Of a stretch of 64,000 nt of DNA, positions 44,273-53,924 are shown piece after piece; position 1 is the first letter of the stretch, and every line of letters starts with the position of its first letter. Source of the stretch: Candidatus Calditenuis fumarioli (GTDB lineage: Archaea; Thermoproteota; Nitrososphaeria_A; Caldarchaeales; Calditenuaceae); the NCBI GenBank assembly GCA_030059665.1, contig JANVYR010000003.1, positions 63,716 to 127,715 of the forward strand, in the 5' to 3' direction. The position numbers and the translations under genes were made by a program. The notes beneath the pieces are model-generated. The model worked only from the letters and a program-made list of their open reading frames with translations, was not told where the DNA came from and made no database searches.

Positions 44273-45225
44273 ACCGGCACCTCCACCTCCTCCAGAACGC
44301 GCCTGACGACCGAGAGCTCAGGCGTCTCCGAGTCGAGCGCGGGCCTCCTGGTCCTCAGGACTATCCTGTGGTTCAGGACGAACGGTGCCACGCTCTTGAC
44401 GTGATCCGGCGTCACGAACCTGTACCCCGAGATGGCGGCCTTCGCCTTTGCGGCGTACATCAGGGCCACCTCGGCCCTCGTGCTACCGCCTATCAGGACC
44501 TCCGGCAGCTCCCTGGTCCTCCTAACGATATCAACGATGTACTCCATGACCGAGTCGTCAACGTGAACGGTTGACGTGTACCGGATCGCGGAGCCCACCT
44601 TCTCGGCGTCTGCAACGGGCGTCACCTCCGGCTCCTCGCCGTAAATCTGCTTCAGCCTGAGGACCTCCACCTCCTCCTCACGGCGCGGGTAACCGATTAT
44701 CACCCTCATCAGGAACCTGTCCATCTCCGCCTCGGGGAGCGGGAAGGTCCCCTCGAACTCGATCGGGTTCTGCGTCGCTATCACCATGAAAGGCCTCGGA
44801 AGCGGGTAGCTGACGCCCTCCACCGTGACCTGGCGCTCCTGCATGACCTCGAGGAGGGCCGACTGGGTCCTCGGAGGGCCCCTGTTGATCTCGTCGGCGA
44901 GCACCACGTTCGCGAAGATCGGGCCGCGCCTGAAGACGAACTGCGAGGTCGACCTGTCGTAGACTATTGACCCTGTGACGTCGGAGGGGAGAAGGTCGCT
45001 CGTGAACTGGATCCTGCTGAAGGAGAGGTTCAGGGCCCTCGCGAAGCTCTTGACCAGGTACGTCTTCGCCAGCCCCGGAGGCCCCTCGAGGAGGAGATGG
45101 CCCTCGGCCAGCAAGCAGATGACGAGCGCCTCTATCGCCTCCTCCATGCCCACTATGGCCCGGTGGACCTGATCCCTGATCCTCGAGACGAGCTCCCTGA
45201 GCTCCGACGCGTCCATCGCGCTCAT
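44269..45225 (-). CDS. MoxR-family AAA+ ATPase
   Basis: Walker A LLEGPPGLAKT, Walker B VVLADEINR, ATQNPIE. ATG 45225 overlaps the upstream stop (ATGA). The track start is GTG 45255. Confidence 0.9.
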   Translation of the reverse strand: MSAMDASELRELVSRIRDQVHRAIVGMEEAIEALVICLLAEGHLLLEGPPGLAKTYLVKSFARALNLSFSRIQFTSDLLPSDVTGSIVYDRSTSQFVFRRGPIFANVVLADEINRGPPRTQSALLEVMQERQVTVEGVSYPLPRPFMVIATQNPIEFEGTFPLPEAEMDRFLMRVIIGYPRREEEVEVLRLKQIYGEEPEVTPVADAEKVGSAIRYTSTVHVDDSVMEYIVDIVRRTRELPEVLIGGSTRAEVALMYAAKAKAAISGYRFVTPDHVKSVAPFVLNHRIVLRTRRPALDSETPELSVVRRVLEEVEVPV

Positions 45226-45560
45226 CCCGTCCTCAGTGCCCACCTGACCACCCACCTCCCCATCCGGTCCGAGAGGGGACCACGGGCCAGAAAGCGCATC
45301 GCCGCCCTCGAGACCGCGTAGCGCCCCTCACCTATCAGCCCGTGAGCCCTGACGGAATCCAGCAGACGGATCGCCTCGCGCCTCGGAAGCGGTTCGTCGC
45401 CCCTCAGGAATTGCGAGACGACGACGGCCGGGTGACACCTCTCTGGCAGCTGAGAGGGTAAGCGCCTCCTCTCGCGGAGCATCAGCAAGGCGGCAAGGGA
45501 CGCGAGCGCGAGAGCGATCACCGCGTAACCGCCTAAGGTCCCGGCGATCGGAGAAGCCAA
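45222..45560 (-). CDS. Small TM-anchored protein (about 112 aa), first gene of the MoxR operon
   Basis: The ORF is open to 45758 but has no ATG before the TM segment. A TTG at 45560 gives (M)ASPIAGTLGGYAVIALALASLAALLML plus a basic cytoplasmic domain. A TATA-like AACTTTATC lies 28-37 nt upstream (plus 45588-45597). Confidence 0.35.
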   Translation of the reverse strand: MASPIAGTLGGYAVIALALASLAALLMLRERRRLPSQLPERCHPAVVVSQFLRGDEPLPRREAIRLLDSVRAHGLIGEGRYAVSRAAMRFLARGPLSDRMGRWVVRWALRTG

Positions 45561-45699
45561 CCTCGAACCCGATTCTCTCAGCGCACCGATAAAGTTTGTG
45601 CAACAATCGTCGGTAACGTGCAGTCGGAACCGGGCTCTACCCCCTGCTTGATCCCCCTCAAAAGCGTCGTTGTCAGAGTATATCTGGGTGTTCACTCTT

Positions 45700-47166
45700 A
45701 TGGGCCAGATGTCCCGGTCCGCTCCGCCACAGGAGGACACGGTCAGGCTCGGGACCATCGAGCCGCTGAGGAGGGCCGACCTCCCGAGGGTCGTGGGGCC
45801 TCTGGCGCTGCTCGGACCCGGTGTGGTCCTCGCGTCGTTCGGCTTCGGCTCCGGAGAGCTGATCTGGTGGCCCTACCTCACCGCGAAGTACGGGCTCGCG
45901 CTGGTCTGGCTCATGATCCCCGCAGGGCTGATGCAGTGGTGGATCAACTACGAGCTGGCGAGGTACGTGGTCCTGACGGGCGAGTCTCCATGGGCAGCTT
46001 ACACCCGCATCTCACGGGTTTTCTCGCTCCTGTACTGGGCCTTCGCGATCGTCACGCTGGCCTGGTGGGGAGGGTACGCCTCCGCGGGAGCCACCGCGAT
46101 AGCTGCGCTCACCGGCTTACCGCCTGGCTGGTCGGCGAGGGACCAGACGATCTTCTGGACGCTCATATCGATAGTCCTTTCGTACGCGGCCCTTCTGCTC
46201 TCGCGCACAGTCCACAGAATCGTCGAGCTGTTCATGTCCGCATGCATCGTGATCGGAGCCGGAGGAGTGATCGTCGTGGCCTTCCACCCAGCGGTCTCAG
46301 GACACTGGCCCGAGTTCGTTCGCGGCCTCTTCACGTACAACCCGCTGCCGCCCAACTGGGATCCTGCTGACAACTCGATCCTGATCACCAGCATCGCCTT
46401 CCTCGGCCTCGGCGGGTTCTTCCAGCTGACGTACCCCATGTGGCTTAGGGCAGTAGGTGCGGGAATGGCGGCCTACGTCCCGAAGCTCAAGAGCCCGATC
46501 ACCGGGAAGCCGGAGCCGATACCCGCTACAGGCTACGTGCCCCGCGAGGACGAGGAGAACAGGCTCAGGTACAGGGGCTGGATGAGGGCCATAGCGATCA
46601 ACAACACGTGGGGCGTCCTGGTCAACCTCTTCACGACGATCCTGATGGCCTATCTGGCCTTCGCGATACTGCACCCTAAGGGCCTCTTCCCGGCAGGATA
46701 CAGGATCGTGGTGGAGCAGGCGAACTTCTGGGGCGAGGTGTGGGGTGAGGTCGGCTTCAGGCTCTTCCTGCTCGTGGGAGCTGCGCTGATCGTGGACACG
46801 TACATCGTCATCCTCGACTGGGTGCCGCGGCTCTACGCGGACGTCCTCCAGACCAACTTCGCCTGGGCCCGCAGGGTACCTTACACCCGGTGGTACTACG
46901 GGCTGGCGACGTTCTTCGCGATCTGGACGGCCGTGACGGTATTCCTCGCGCAGCCCGGCGAGCTGATAGTCTGGGGAGGGGTGCTGAACTTCCTCGCATG
47001 GCCGATAATGCACGTCGTTGCTATCTACGTCAGCTACCGGATGCTGCCCAGAGCTGTCAGGTGGGCTCGACCGAGCCTGATCTGGCTGGCGGTCGGCCTG
47101 ACCATAACCGCGGTGTACACGTACCTCGCCATCTGGTACATCGGGGTGACCTTCAAGCTGTTCTGA
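45700..47166 (+). CDS. NRAMP-like (distant) divalent-metal transporter family membrane protein
   Basis: LLGPGVVLASFGFGSGELIWWPYLTAKYGLALVW resembles the Nramp GPG...DPG...GA.YGY.LLW N-terminal signature. About 11-12 TM segments. ATGs are at 45700 and 45709; the track start is TTG 45670. Confidence 0.55.
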   Translation: MGQMSRSAPPQEDTVRLGTIEPLRRADLPRVVGPLALLGPGVVLASFGFGSGELIWWPYLTAKYGLALVWLMIPAGLMQWWINYELARYVVLTGESPWAAYTRISRVFSLLYWAFAIVTLAWWGGYASAGATAIAALTGLPPGWSARDQTIFWTLISIVLSYAALLLSRTVHRIVELFMSACIVIGAGGVIVVAFHPAVSGHWPEFVRGLFTYNPLPPNWDPADNSILITSIAFLGLGGFFQLTYPMWLRAVGAGMAAYVPKLKSPITGKPEPIPATGYVPREDEENRLRYRGWMRAIAINNTWGVLVNLFTTILMAYLAFAILHPKGLFPAGYRIVVEQANFWGEVWGEVGFRLFLLVGAALIVDTYIVILDWVPRLYADVLQTNFAWARRVPYTRWYYGLATFFAIWTAVTVFLAQPGELIVWGGVLNFLAWPIMHVVAIYVSYRMLPRAVRWARPSLIWLAVGLTITAVYTYLAIWYIGVTFKLF

Positions 47167-47181
47167 TGGGGGATCCGACCG

Positions 47182-47928
47182 TTGAGAAGCCCGTTCGACC
47201 TGACAGGCAGGAAGGCGCTCGTCATCGGTGCAGCCTCGGGGATCGGCAGGGCTGTGGCGATGGGGCTGAAGGAGCACGGCGCGTACGTGATAGCTGCTGA
47301 CCTCAACGTCAAGGCGCTCGATGGTGTAGGGGACGAGCAGAGGTTCTGCGACGTGACCGATGTCGGCTCGCTGAGGGAGCTGTACAGGGACATCGGTGAG
47401 CTTCACGTTCTTGTAGTGACACCGGCGATCAACATCCGGAAGAAAATTGAGGACTACACCTACGAGGAGTTCAGAAGGGTTGTGGAGGTCAACCTCTTCG
47501 GGACCTTCGCAGCCGTCAAGGAGGGTCTGGATGCCCTGAAGCGGGCGGGGAGGTCGAGCGTCGTCCTCTTCTCATCGGTGAGGGCTGTCACGGTCGAACC
47601 GGGTCAGGGCCCGTACGCCGCAACGAAGGCCGCGATCGTGCAGCTGGTGAAGGCTATGGCCGTCGAGTTCGCGCCCTACGGAATCAGGGTGAACGCCGTG
47701 GCACCGGGGATCGTCGACACGCCCTTCACTGAGCAGATCAAGAAAAGGCCCGAGTGGGCAAGGGCTTACGCCGAGAAGACCGCGCTGAGGAGGTGGGCAT
47801 CGCCCGAGGAGGTGGTGGGAGCGGTGGTCTTCCTGGCCTCGGATGCCTCCAGCTACGTCACGGGCACCGTGATCTACGTGGACGGAGGTTGGACTGCCAT
47901 AGACGGGAGGTTCGATCCTTTCGCGTGA
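47182..47928 (+). CDS. Short-chain dehydrogenase/reductase (SDR)
   Basis: GAASGIGRA cofactor motif and YAATKAA catalytic YxxxK. TTG start. Confidence 0.9.
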   Translation: MRSPFDLTGRKALVIGAASGIGRAVAMGLKEHGAYVIAADLNVKALDGVGDEQRFCDVTDVGSLRELYRDIGELHVLVVTPAINIRKKIEDYTYEEFRRVVEVNLFGTFAAVKEGLDALKRAGRSSVVLFSSVRAVTVEPGQGPYAATKAAIVQLVKAMAVEFAPYGIRVNAVAPGIVDTPFTEQIKKRPEWARAYAEKTALRRWASPEEVVGAVVFLASDASSYVTGTVIYVDGGWTAIDGRFDPFA

Positions 47929-47949
47929 AAACCCAACAGCTTCTCCGCT

Positions 47950-48222
47950 TCAGGGAACTCCTCCGTGTATCATCGGCACAATCGATATGACGTCCTCGTC
48001 CCTAACTGTGACCCTGTACCCGTGTACGGTTCTGGCGTCGACGCCGTTCACCAAGATGAGCAGACCGGGCCTTATCGAGCCGTACTCGTCGATCACCAGC
48101 TCACGCACGCCCTCCGGAAGGAGCTTCAGCGCGTCCTTCAGCGACAGCTCCCCCTCGACCTTGACCTCGATCGTCCCGGAACCCGCGGCCCGCTTGAGGT
48201 GGCTGAACAGCTCGACCCTCAT
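47950..48222 (-). CDS. MoaD/ThiS-family ubiquitin-like (beta-grasp) small protein ending GG-VP
   Basis: 90 aa: MRVELFSHLKRAAGSG...LLILVNGVDARTVHGYRVTVRDEDVISIVPMIHGGVP. ATG at 48222. The upstream 134 codons of track ORF 47950..48624 are Arg/Gly-rich non-coding-like sequence. Confidence 0.7.
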   Translation of the reverse strand: MRVELFSHLKRAAGSGTIEVKVEGELSLKDALKLLPEGVRELVIDEYGSIRPGLLILVNGVDARTVHGYRVTVRDEDVISIVPMIHGGVP

Positions 48223-48323
48223 CCGGCCCGGAGAAGCACCGACCGGGTTAAAACCGTCTCGTACCCGAGTCTTGGAGATCTTAAGCCGGTTCGGGTTGAA
48301 GCCCCTCCAGAACCGCCGAAGGA

Positions 48324-49301
48324 TCACACGTAGTGCGCCTTGACCCAGTTCAAGACGTCGAGGACGCCGCTCCGGAAGTCGTACGCGGGGTTGAAGCCCA
48401 GCTCGGTTTTGGCTCTGCTGATGTCCGTCGCGTACCTCGTCGGCCTCTGGACCTCCTTCACCGTTATGTTGTCCAGCGGCTTCCTCAGCTCGGTCCTGAG
48501 AACCTCGAGCGCCTCCCTCAGCGAGTTTATCGTTCCGGTACCGATGTTGAAGATCCTGTGAGCGAGGTTCTTCGCGTGGACTGCGAGCACACAGGCCCTT
48601 GCAGCGTCCTTCACGTGAAGCCACTCGGACCTGTACTCCTCAACCGTCATCGGTTCGTTCCTCAGCGCAGCGCGGCACATGTCCCTGATGACGCTCGCGA
48701 GTCCCATCGCCCCAGACCATCCCCCGTACACCGTAGGGAGCCTGAGAGCGACGAAGTCGACGCCGTAGATGTGGTGGTAGTTCAGGCCGAGCAGCTCGCT
48801 GGCGAGCTTCGTGGTCCCGTAAACGCTGCCAGGTACCGTGGGATCGTCCTCCCTCACCAACCCGTCAGCCGGTGGAGTGTACTTGACGTAAGGGTTCAGC
48901 ATCGAGTACACGTTGCCGGAGCTGGTGTAGACGACCTTCTTCGCGTCGGTGAGCCTGGCGACCTCGAGGACGTTTGCGGTCCCTAGAACGTTTACCCTCA
49001 CAGCGTTCACCGGGTTCTCCCTCGCCCCAGCTATCAGGACAGCTGCAGTGTGGACGATCGCCTCGACGCCGTTCTCTTTGACCGCCTTCGTCAGCGTGTC
49101 CAAATCGAGCACGTCGCCCTTGACCTGCTTGACCTTCGAGAGGTCGCCGACCACCTGGGATATCGCCTGTGGGTTCTCGAAGAACCCGTAAAAGACGACC
49201 TCATCCCCCCTGTCTAGGAGCTGCCTCACGACGTGGCTTCCGATGAAACCTGTTCCGGTTACGAGCACCCTCATGTTTCGGTTCGAAGACGGATCAGACA
49301 T
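48324..49301 (-). CDS. NAD-dependent epimerase/dehydratase (UDP-sugar 4-epimerase-like)
   Basis: VLVTGTGFIGSHVV Rossmann motif and YGTTK catalytic YxxxK. Confidence 0.88.
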   Translation of the reverse strand: MSDPSSNRNMRVLVTGTGFIGSHVVRQLLDRGDEVVFYGFFENPQAISQVVGDLSKVKQVKGDVLDLDTLTKAVKENGVEAIVHTAAVLIAGARENPVNAVRVNVLGTANVLEVARLTDAKKVVYTSSGNVYSMLNPYVKYTPPADGLVREDDPTVPGSVYGTTKLASELLGLNYHHIYGVDFVALRLPTVYGGWSGAMGLASVIRDMCRAALRNEPMTVEEYRSEWLHVKDAARACVLAVHAKNLAHRIFNIGTGTINSLREALEVLRTELRKPLDNITVKEVQRPTRYATDISRAKTELGFNPAYDFRSGVLDVLNWVKAHYV

Positions 49302-49319
49302 ATATCAACCGTTTGCGGA

Positions 49320-50540
49320 TTACGACCTCTCGTATCCGAGGCGAAGCATTATGAACGCAGCCGGCAAGCTCACACATCCCATTACGAGGAAAGCGACGCT
49401 GAAACCGTAGTTCTGGATGAGATAGCCGACGAAGGCGGTCCAAAAGGACGCGGCCACGAACCCGGTGGTGAAGAAGACTCCGAATGCGGAGTTCCTCGTG
49501 ACGTCGTCGCTTATGCTGGAGAGGTAGCTCTGAAGCGCCACCACGACCTCTAGCGAAACGAACCCCATCACCACGATCATCGCGATCAGGAGTGTGCCTG
49601 AGAGGCCGAAAACCCCGAGGTAGACGAGAAGCGCTGACGTGAGGAGCGTCGACATCGCTGCGAGCGCCATCTTGTTTGTGCGCTCTCCCAACCATCCGAA
49701 GACGATCGTGCCCAGGGACCCGGCAGCAAGGAAGGCGCTGACGACCATCGCGCTGGTTCCGACGTCAAACCCTTTGACGCTCACCAGGTAGATGGGGAGG
49801 TACGTGATCCAGAGGTTGAGGCCGCGGGCGGCCGTAACGAGCACCTGCGAGAGGTTGATCAGAGCGTACCTGGAGTCGACGAGCGAACGAGCCAGCGACT
49901 CCTTCACTCCGGAGCTGCGGGGAGCCCCATTCGGATCGGCCCTGAAAATCGGAGTTTGCCTGCGAGCTGATATAGCGAAGAAGGACGCCAGCAGCAGCTG
50001 TGGAATCCCTACCAGCGCGAACGCCATCCGCCATCCGAGGTTTGTTGCCAGATAGGTCGCCAGCAGAGGCCCGACCATGTTTCCGACGTATGCGATGCCC
50101 ATGTGAACCGAAAGCGCGAACCCGCGCTTTCCGTCACGGTAACTCTCCGAGATCATGGAAGAAGCGACTGGGTGCTGCGGCGCAGATCCCACCCCCCAGA
50201 GGAACCTCAGCGCCAGAACGTCCACGAATCCCCTGACCGCGAAGGCCATCGCGCTGGAGACCGCCTGAAGGGCGTTGCCCAGCGACATGATCAGGTTCTT
50301 CCTCACGAAGTTGCTGAGGACCGCGAACGCCATCTGGAAGACGCCGGAGGTGAGCTGGGCCGTGGCAGAGAGGAGTCCCACCTGAACGGTATCGAGTCCA
50401 AGCTCACGTGCCACCACCGTGGGTATGAGGAAGGACATCACGGTCATGCTCAGATGGTTCAGTAGGTGGGAGGCGCTGACAGACGCAAGAACTCGGCCAC
50501 CCTCGGCCCCTCCGCTCTTGCTTACCTTCTCCTGCATCAT
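49320..50540 (-). CDS. MFS transporter
   Basis: 12 TM segments, two 6-TM halves, and a loop motif after TM2. It abuts the upstream acyl-CoA synthetase gene with no gap. Confidence 0.85.
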   Translation of the reverse strand: MMQEKVSKSGGAEGGRVLASVSASHLLNHLSMTVMSFLIPTVVARELGLDTVQVGLLSATAQLTSGVFQMAFAVLSNFVRKNLIMSLGNALQAVSSAMAFAVRGFVDVLALRFLWGVGSAPQHPVASSMISESYRDGKRGFALSVHMGIAYVGNMVGPLLATYLATNLGWRMAFALVGIPQLLLASFFAISARRQTPIFRADPNGAPRSSGVKESLARSLVDSRYALINLSQVLVTAARGLNLWITYLPIYLVSVKGFDVGTSAMVVSAFLAAGSLGTIVFGWLGERTNKMALAAMSTLLTSALLVYLGVFGLSGTLLIAMIVVMGFVSLEVVVALQSYLSSISDDVTRNSAFGVFFTTGFVAASFWTAFVGYLIQNYGFSVAFLVMGCVSLPAAFIMLRLGYERS

Positions 50541-52484
50541 CTACTGGGGCCTCTCCGGAACGCGTGGGTTATCAACCCTATACGAGTCGCTGGAGACGAC
50601 CTTCTTCAGCTCCTCCACGACCGATTCGTCCTCGATGTTCGAGTAGTCCGGCAGCTCTGATCCCCTGACCAGGGCACGCACCAGTCCGCGCATAAGCTTG
50701 CCGGTTCTGGTCTTGGGCAGTGCGTTAACGAAGTATACGCGCCTGAGATCTGCAATGGCACCGAACCGCCTCCTCACCTCCTCCACGATCCTGCGCTCCA
50801 AATCAGGACCCGGCTCCCTTCCGCTCTTAAGGACCACGAAAGCCACCGGGACCTCGCCCTTCACGGGATCCGGCCCACCTACCACCACGACCTCCGCGAC
50901 CTCCTCGAGACCTGCGATGACCGACTCTATCTCCGCCGCACCGATCCTGTGACCCGAGACCTTCAGCGTCTCGTCGGCCCTTCCGAGCAGGTAGAAGTAA
51001 CCGTCCTGATCCAGGTAGGCTAGGTCCCCGATCCTGTATCGGTCCTTGTACTTGCTCCAGTACTCCTCCACGTACCTCGGGTGATCGGACCAGATGGTCG
51101 GAGTGAGGCTCGGAATCGGGCGCTCGAGGACCATCTCCCCCTTCTCTCCGACCCCCACTGGCGTTCCGTCGTCCCGGACGACCCTCACCTCCATTCCGGG
51201 GAGGGGAAATCCGCAGGATCCCGGCCTGATGCGAAGGTCCTTAGTGACGCCGAACGGATAGGTGACCAGCATGCACCCCGCCTCTGTCTGGCCCATGTGG
51301 TCCACCAGCACCGCGCCATCCGGGAGGACGTGCTCCTCGAACCACTTCCTTACAGGTGGAGTTAGTACCTCACCACCGCAGAGGACCAAACGGAGGCTGC
51401 TGAGGTCGTGGCCTCGCACCGACTCGGGCCCGTGTTTGATCTGGATCCTGATGGCGGTGGGCGACGTCCACAACAGCGACACCCTCTCCCTCTCGACGAT
51501 CCTCCAGAGCACCCCGGCATCGGGGTAATCGATGGCGCCCTCGTAAAGGACCGTGGTGCAGCCCAGCATGAGAGGAGCGTAGACGGCGTAGGACGTGCCC
51601 CCTATCCAGCCGATGTCTGAGAGGCAGAGATTGACGTCGTCGGACGACATCCCGCAGGTCATCAGCGTGGCGCCGATCACTCCGACCTGGTAACCGCCGT
51701 GGACGTGGACGATTCCCTTGGGCTTGCCGGTGGTCCCGGAGGTGAAGTTGATGAAGGCCGGCTCGTTCGACTCCAGCGCCTCCGCTCTCACCGGACTCCC
51801 CAACCGATCCACCACCTCGCTCAGCGGAACGTCCCGATCCTTCCTCAGCGACGACGCCCCCTCGCGGGATCTTATGTTGACGATCACTTTGGTCTTGATG
51901 CGTGACGCTGCGAGCGCCTCGTCCAGAGTTCTCTTCAGCTCTATGGCTCTCCCCCGTCGGTAAGCGACGTCTGAGGTGACGATGACCTTAGGCTGAACCT
52001 CGATCAACCTCTTGGCCAACGCCTCTGGGCCGAAACCCGAGAAGAAGTTGACGTGTATCGCTCCTATGCGGATTGAAGCCAGCATAGTTACAAGCGCCTC
52101 TGGCACCATCGACATGTAGATCCCAACCCTGTCCCCTTTTCCGACCCCGAGCTCCCTCAGCGCGCCGGCCAACCTGCTGACTTGGTCGAGGAGCTCGCCG
52201 TAGGTAATGACGCGTCTCTGCTGCGCGCCTTCCGACCACCAGACGATCGCGGGCTTACCGGACTGGCCATCCCGCACGTGCCTGTCCACGCAGTTGTGGC
52301 AGAGGTTCGTCCTGCCGCCGGTAAACCACCGGAACCTGACCTCCTTCTTGTCCCAGTTGAAGGGGTCGTGCCACCTCTCGAACCACTCGACATGTCGCGT
52401 GAAGCCCTCCCAGAACCCTACGTAATCGGACCGCGCCCACTCGTAGAGCTCCTCCAGGCTACGGCCCAATACTCCCATCTTCAA
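50541..52484 (-). CDS. Acetyl-/propionyl-CoA synthetase-like AMP-forming acyl-CoA synthetase
   Basis: AMP-binding motif FTSGTTGKPKG, YLDQDGYFYLLGRADETLKVSGHRIG, LPKTRTGK. 647 aa. Confidence 0.9.
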   Translation of the reverse strand: MKMGVLGRSLEELYEWARSDYVGFWEGFTRHVEWFERWHDPFNWDKKEVRFRWFTGGRTNLCHNCVDRHVRDGQSGKPAIVWWSEGAQQRRVITYGELLDQVSRLAGALRELGVGKGDRVGIYMSMVPEALVTMLASIRIGAIHVNFFSGFGPEALAKRLIEVQPKVIVTSDVAYRRGRAIELKRTLDEALAASRIKTKVIVNIRSREGASSLRKDRDVPLSEVVDRLGSPVRAEALESNEPAFINFTSGTTGKPKGIVHVHGGYQVGVIGATLMTCGMSSDDVNLCLSDIGWIGGTSYAVYAPLMLGCTTVLYEGAIDYPDAGVLWRIVERERVSLLWTSPTAIRIQIKHGPESVRGHDLSSLRLVLCGGEVLTPPVRKWFEEHVLPDGAVLVDHMGQTEAGCMLVTYPFGVTKDLRIRPGSCGFPLPGMEVRVVRDDGTPVGVGEKGEMVLERPIPSLTPTIWSDHPRYVEEYWSKYKDRYRIGDLAYLDQDGYFYLLGRADETLKVSGHRIGAAEIESVIAGLEEVAEVVVVGGPDPVKGEVPVAFVVLKSGREPGPDLERRIVEEVRRRFGAIADLRRVYFVNALPKTRTGKLMRGLVRALVRGSELPDYSNIEDESVVEELKKVVSSDSYRVDNPRVPERPQ

Positions 52485-52540
52485 CTGTGAAAACCCGAAA
52501 ACACCAATTATTATTAATTGCTCGGAACGGTCTGACTAAG

Positions 52541-53773
52541 TTACTTCTCGGGGACGTAGGGTTGAAGCGGCTTCGAAGTGTAAAGCGTCTCGATCCACCA
52601 GTTGGCGCTGGGGTTAACGCCGGACGGAGGCGCCTTCTTCACCAGCGTCACCATACGCAGCGTCGCCTCCTTCAGCTCTCCCCACTCGGTGTAGGACAGC
52701 GGCCAGGCGAAGATCGGGTGCTCGTACCTGCTGCTCCTGATGTAATCCGCGATCTTAACGGGATCGGTTGACCTGGTCTTCTCTATGGCGTTCGCGATCA
52801 AGTACGCGGTGACGTAACCGGTCGCAGCGCGCATGTCCATCCACTTGTTGTACCGCTGGTAGAACTTCTGGGCGATGCTAAGGTATTCGGGCGAGTCCCA
52901 GTTGATGCAGGAGAACTCCACGACCCTGTTGTACGCTGCCTCACCTATCAGGTCGATGTAGAGCGGGTACGAGGCGAAGGCACCGATGAAGTACTTGCTA
53001 TTGAAGCCCATTTCAACGGCCTGCTTGATCAACGTCTGGACGCCCGGTGGGTGACCGAGGCCCGAGAGCAGCTCCGGGTTCAGTGGCTGAAGCTTTCGGA
53101 GGTAGGCCGTGAAGTCCCTCTCGCCCGGCGGTGCCTCCTCCTGCTGGAGCGTCACACCGGGAAGCGGCTTGACCAGCCTGTCGTACGCGTCCTTGACCTT
53201 AAGCCCCCACTCGTATGAAGCGACGACGCTGGCCACCGTCTTAATGCCTTTGGCCTGAATGAACTCGGCGACGGCCTGGACCACCATAGGTGCTGCCGGA
53301 AGGCACGTCCTGAACGCGAACCTCGTCGACTTGGTCAGGAGGCCGGGCGAGCCGGCGGTCTGGAAGAAGACCGGGACCTTGTACTTCTCAGCCTCTGGGA
53401 CCACGGCCGCCGCTATCCCGCTCGAGTCAAGCCCCACCACCGCGACCACCTTATCGACCTCAACCAAGCGCTGGAAAGCTGCGACGGCCTCCTTCGCGTC
53501 GTTCTTGTCGTCGTAAACGATCAGCCTCAGCTTAGCCCCGAGCACACCGCCCTTTTCGTTGATCTCGTCCAATGCCAGCTGGAACCCCAGTGGGTAGTTG
53601 GAGCCGAGCTGGGCGAAGGGCCCTGTCAGAGGAACTATCGCGCCAATCCTGACCTCCTCCACTCCAAGACCTCTGCCGCCCATCGACAGGAAAGCGAAAG
53701 ACCCTGCTGCTATCGCAACGATTACAACCGCGACGATAGCGATAACGACCGCTCTCTTCACAAGTGGGCTCAC
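52541..53773 (-). CDS. ABC transporter substrate-binding protein, Leu/Ile/Val-binding (Peripla_BP_6) family, membrane/lipid-anchored
   Basis: N-terminal TM anchor, then IGAIVPLTGPFAQLGSNYPLGFQLALDEINEKGGVLG...LIVYDDKNDAKEA. Confidence 0.85.
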   Translation of the reverse strand: MSPLVKRAVVIAIVAVVIVAIAAGSFAFLSMGGRGLGVEEVRIGAIVPLTGPFAQLGSNYPLGFQLALDEINEKGGVLGAKLRLIVYDDKNDAKEAVAAFQRLVEVDKVVAVVGLDSSGIAAAVVPEAEKYKVPVFFQTAGSPGLLTKSTRFAFRTCLPAAPMVVQAVAEFIQAKGIKTVASVVASYEWGLKVKDAYDRLVKPLPGVTLQQEEAPPGERDFTAYLRKLQPLNPELLSGLGHPPGVQTLIKQAVEMGFNSKYFIGAFASYPLYIDLIGEAAYNRVVEFSCINWDSPEYLSIAQKFYQRYNKWMDMRAATGYVTAYLIANAIEKTRSTDPVKIADYIRSSRYEHPIFAWPLSYTEWGELKEATLRMVTLVKKAPPSGVNPSANWWIETLYTSKPLQPYVPEK

Positions 53774-53924
53774 GATTCACGAATATTTAGCATTTACCTG
53801 CCACCATATTTACTACCCTCAACAATTGAAGCTCCAAACACGCTCCGTTGAGGGTAATACTGTAGCATCTCGTTTCTCAATTGCTGGATGACTTCAGAGA
53901 TGAACCGGGAGTCGCGGATGGGTG

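Noticed and set aside
48223-48624. N-terminal 134 codons of track ORF 47950..48624
   Set aside because: It is an Arg/Gly/Glu-rich low-complexity translation overlapping the 3' end of the epimerase gene. The MoaD/ThiS-like domain starts at the ATG at 48222.
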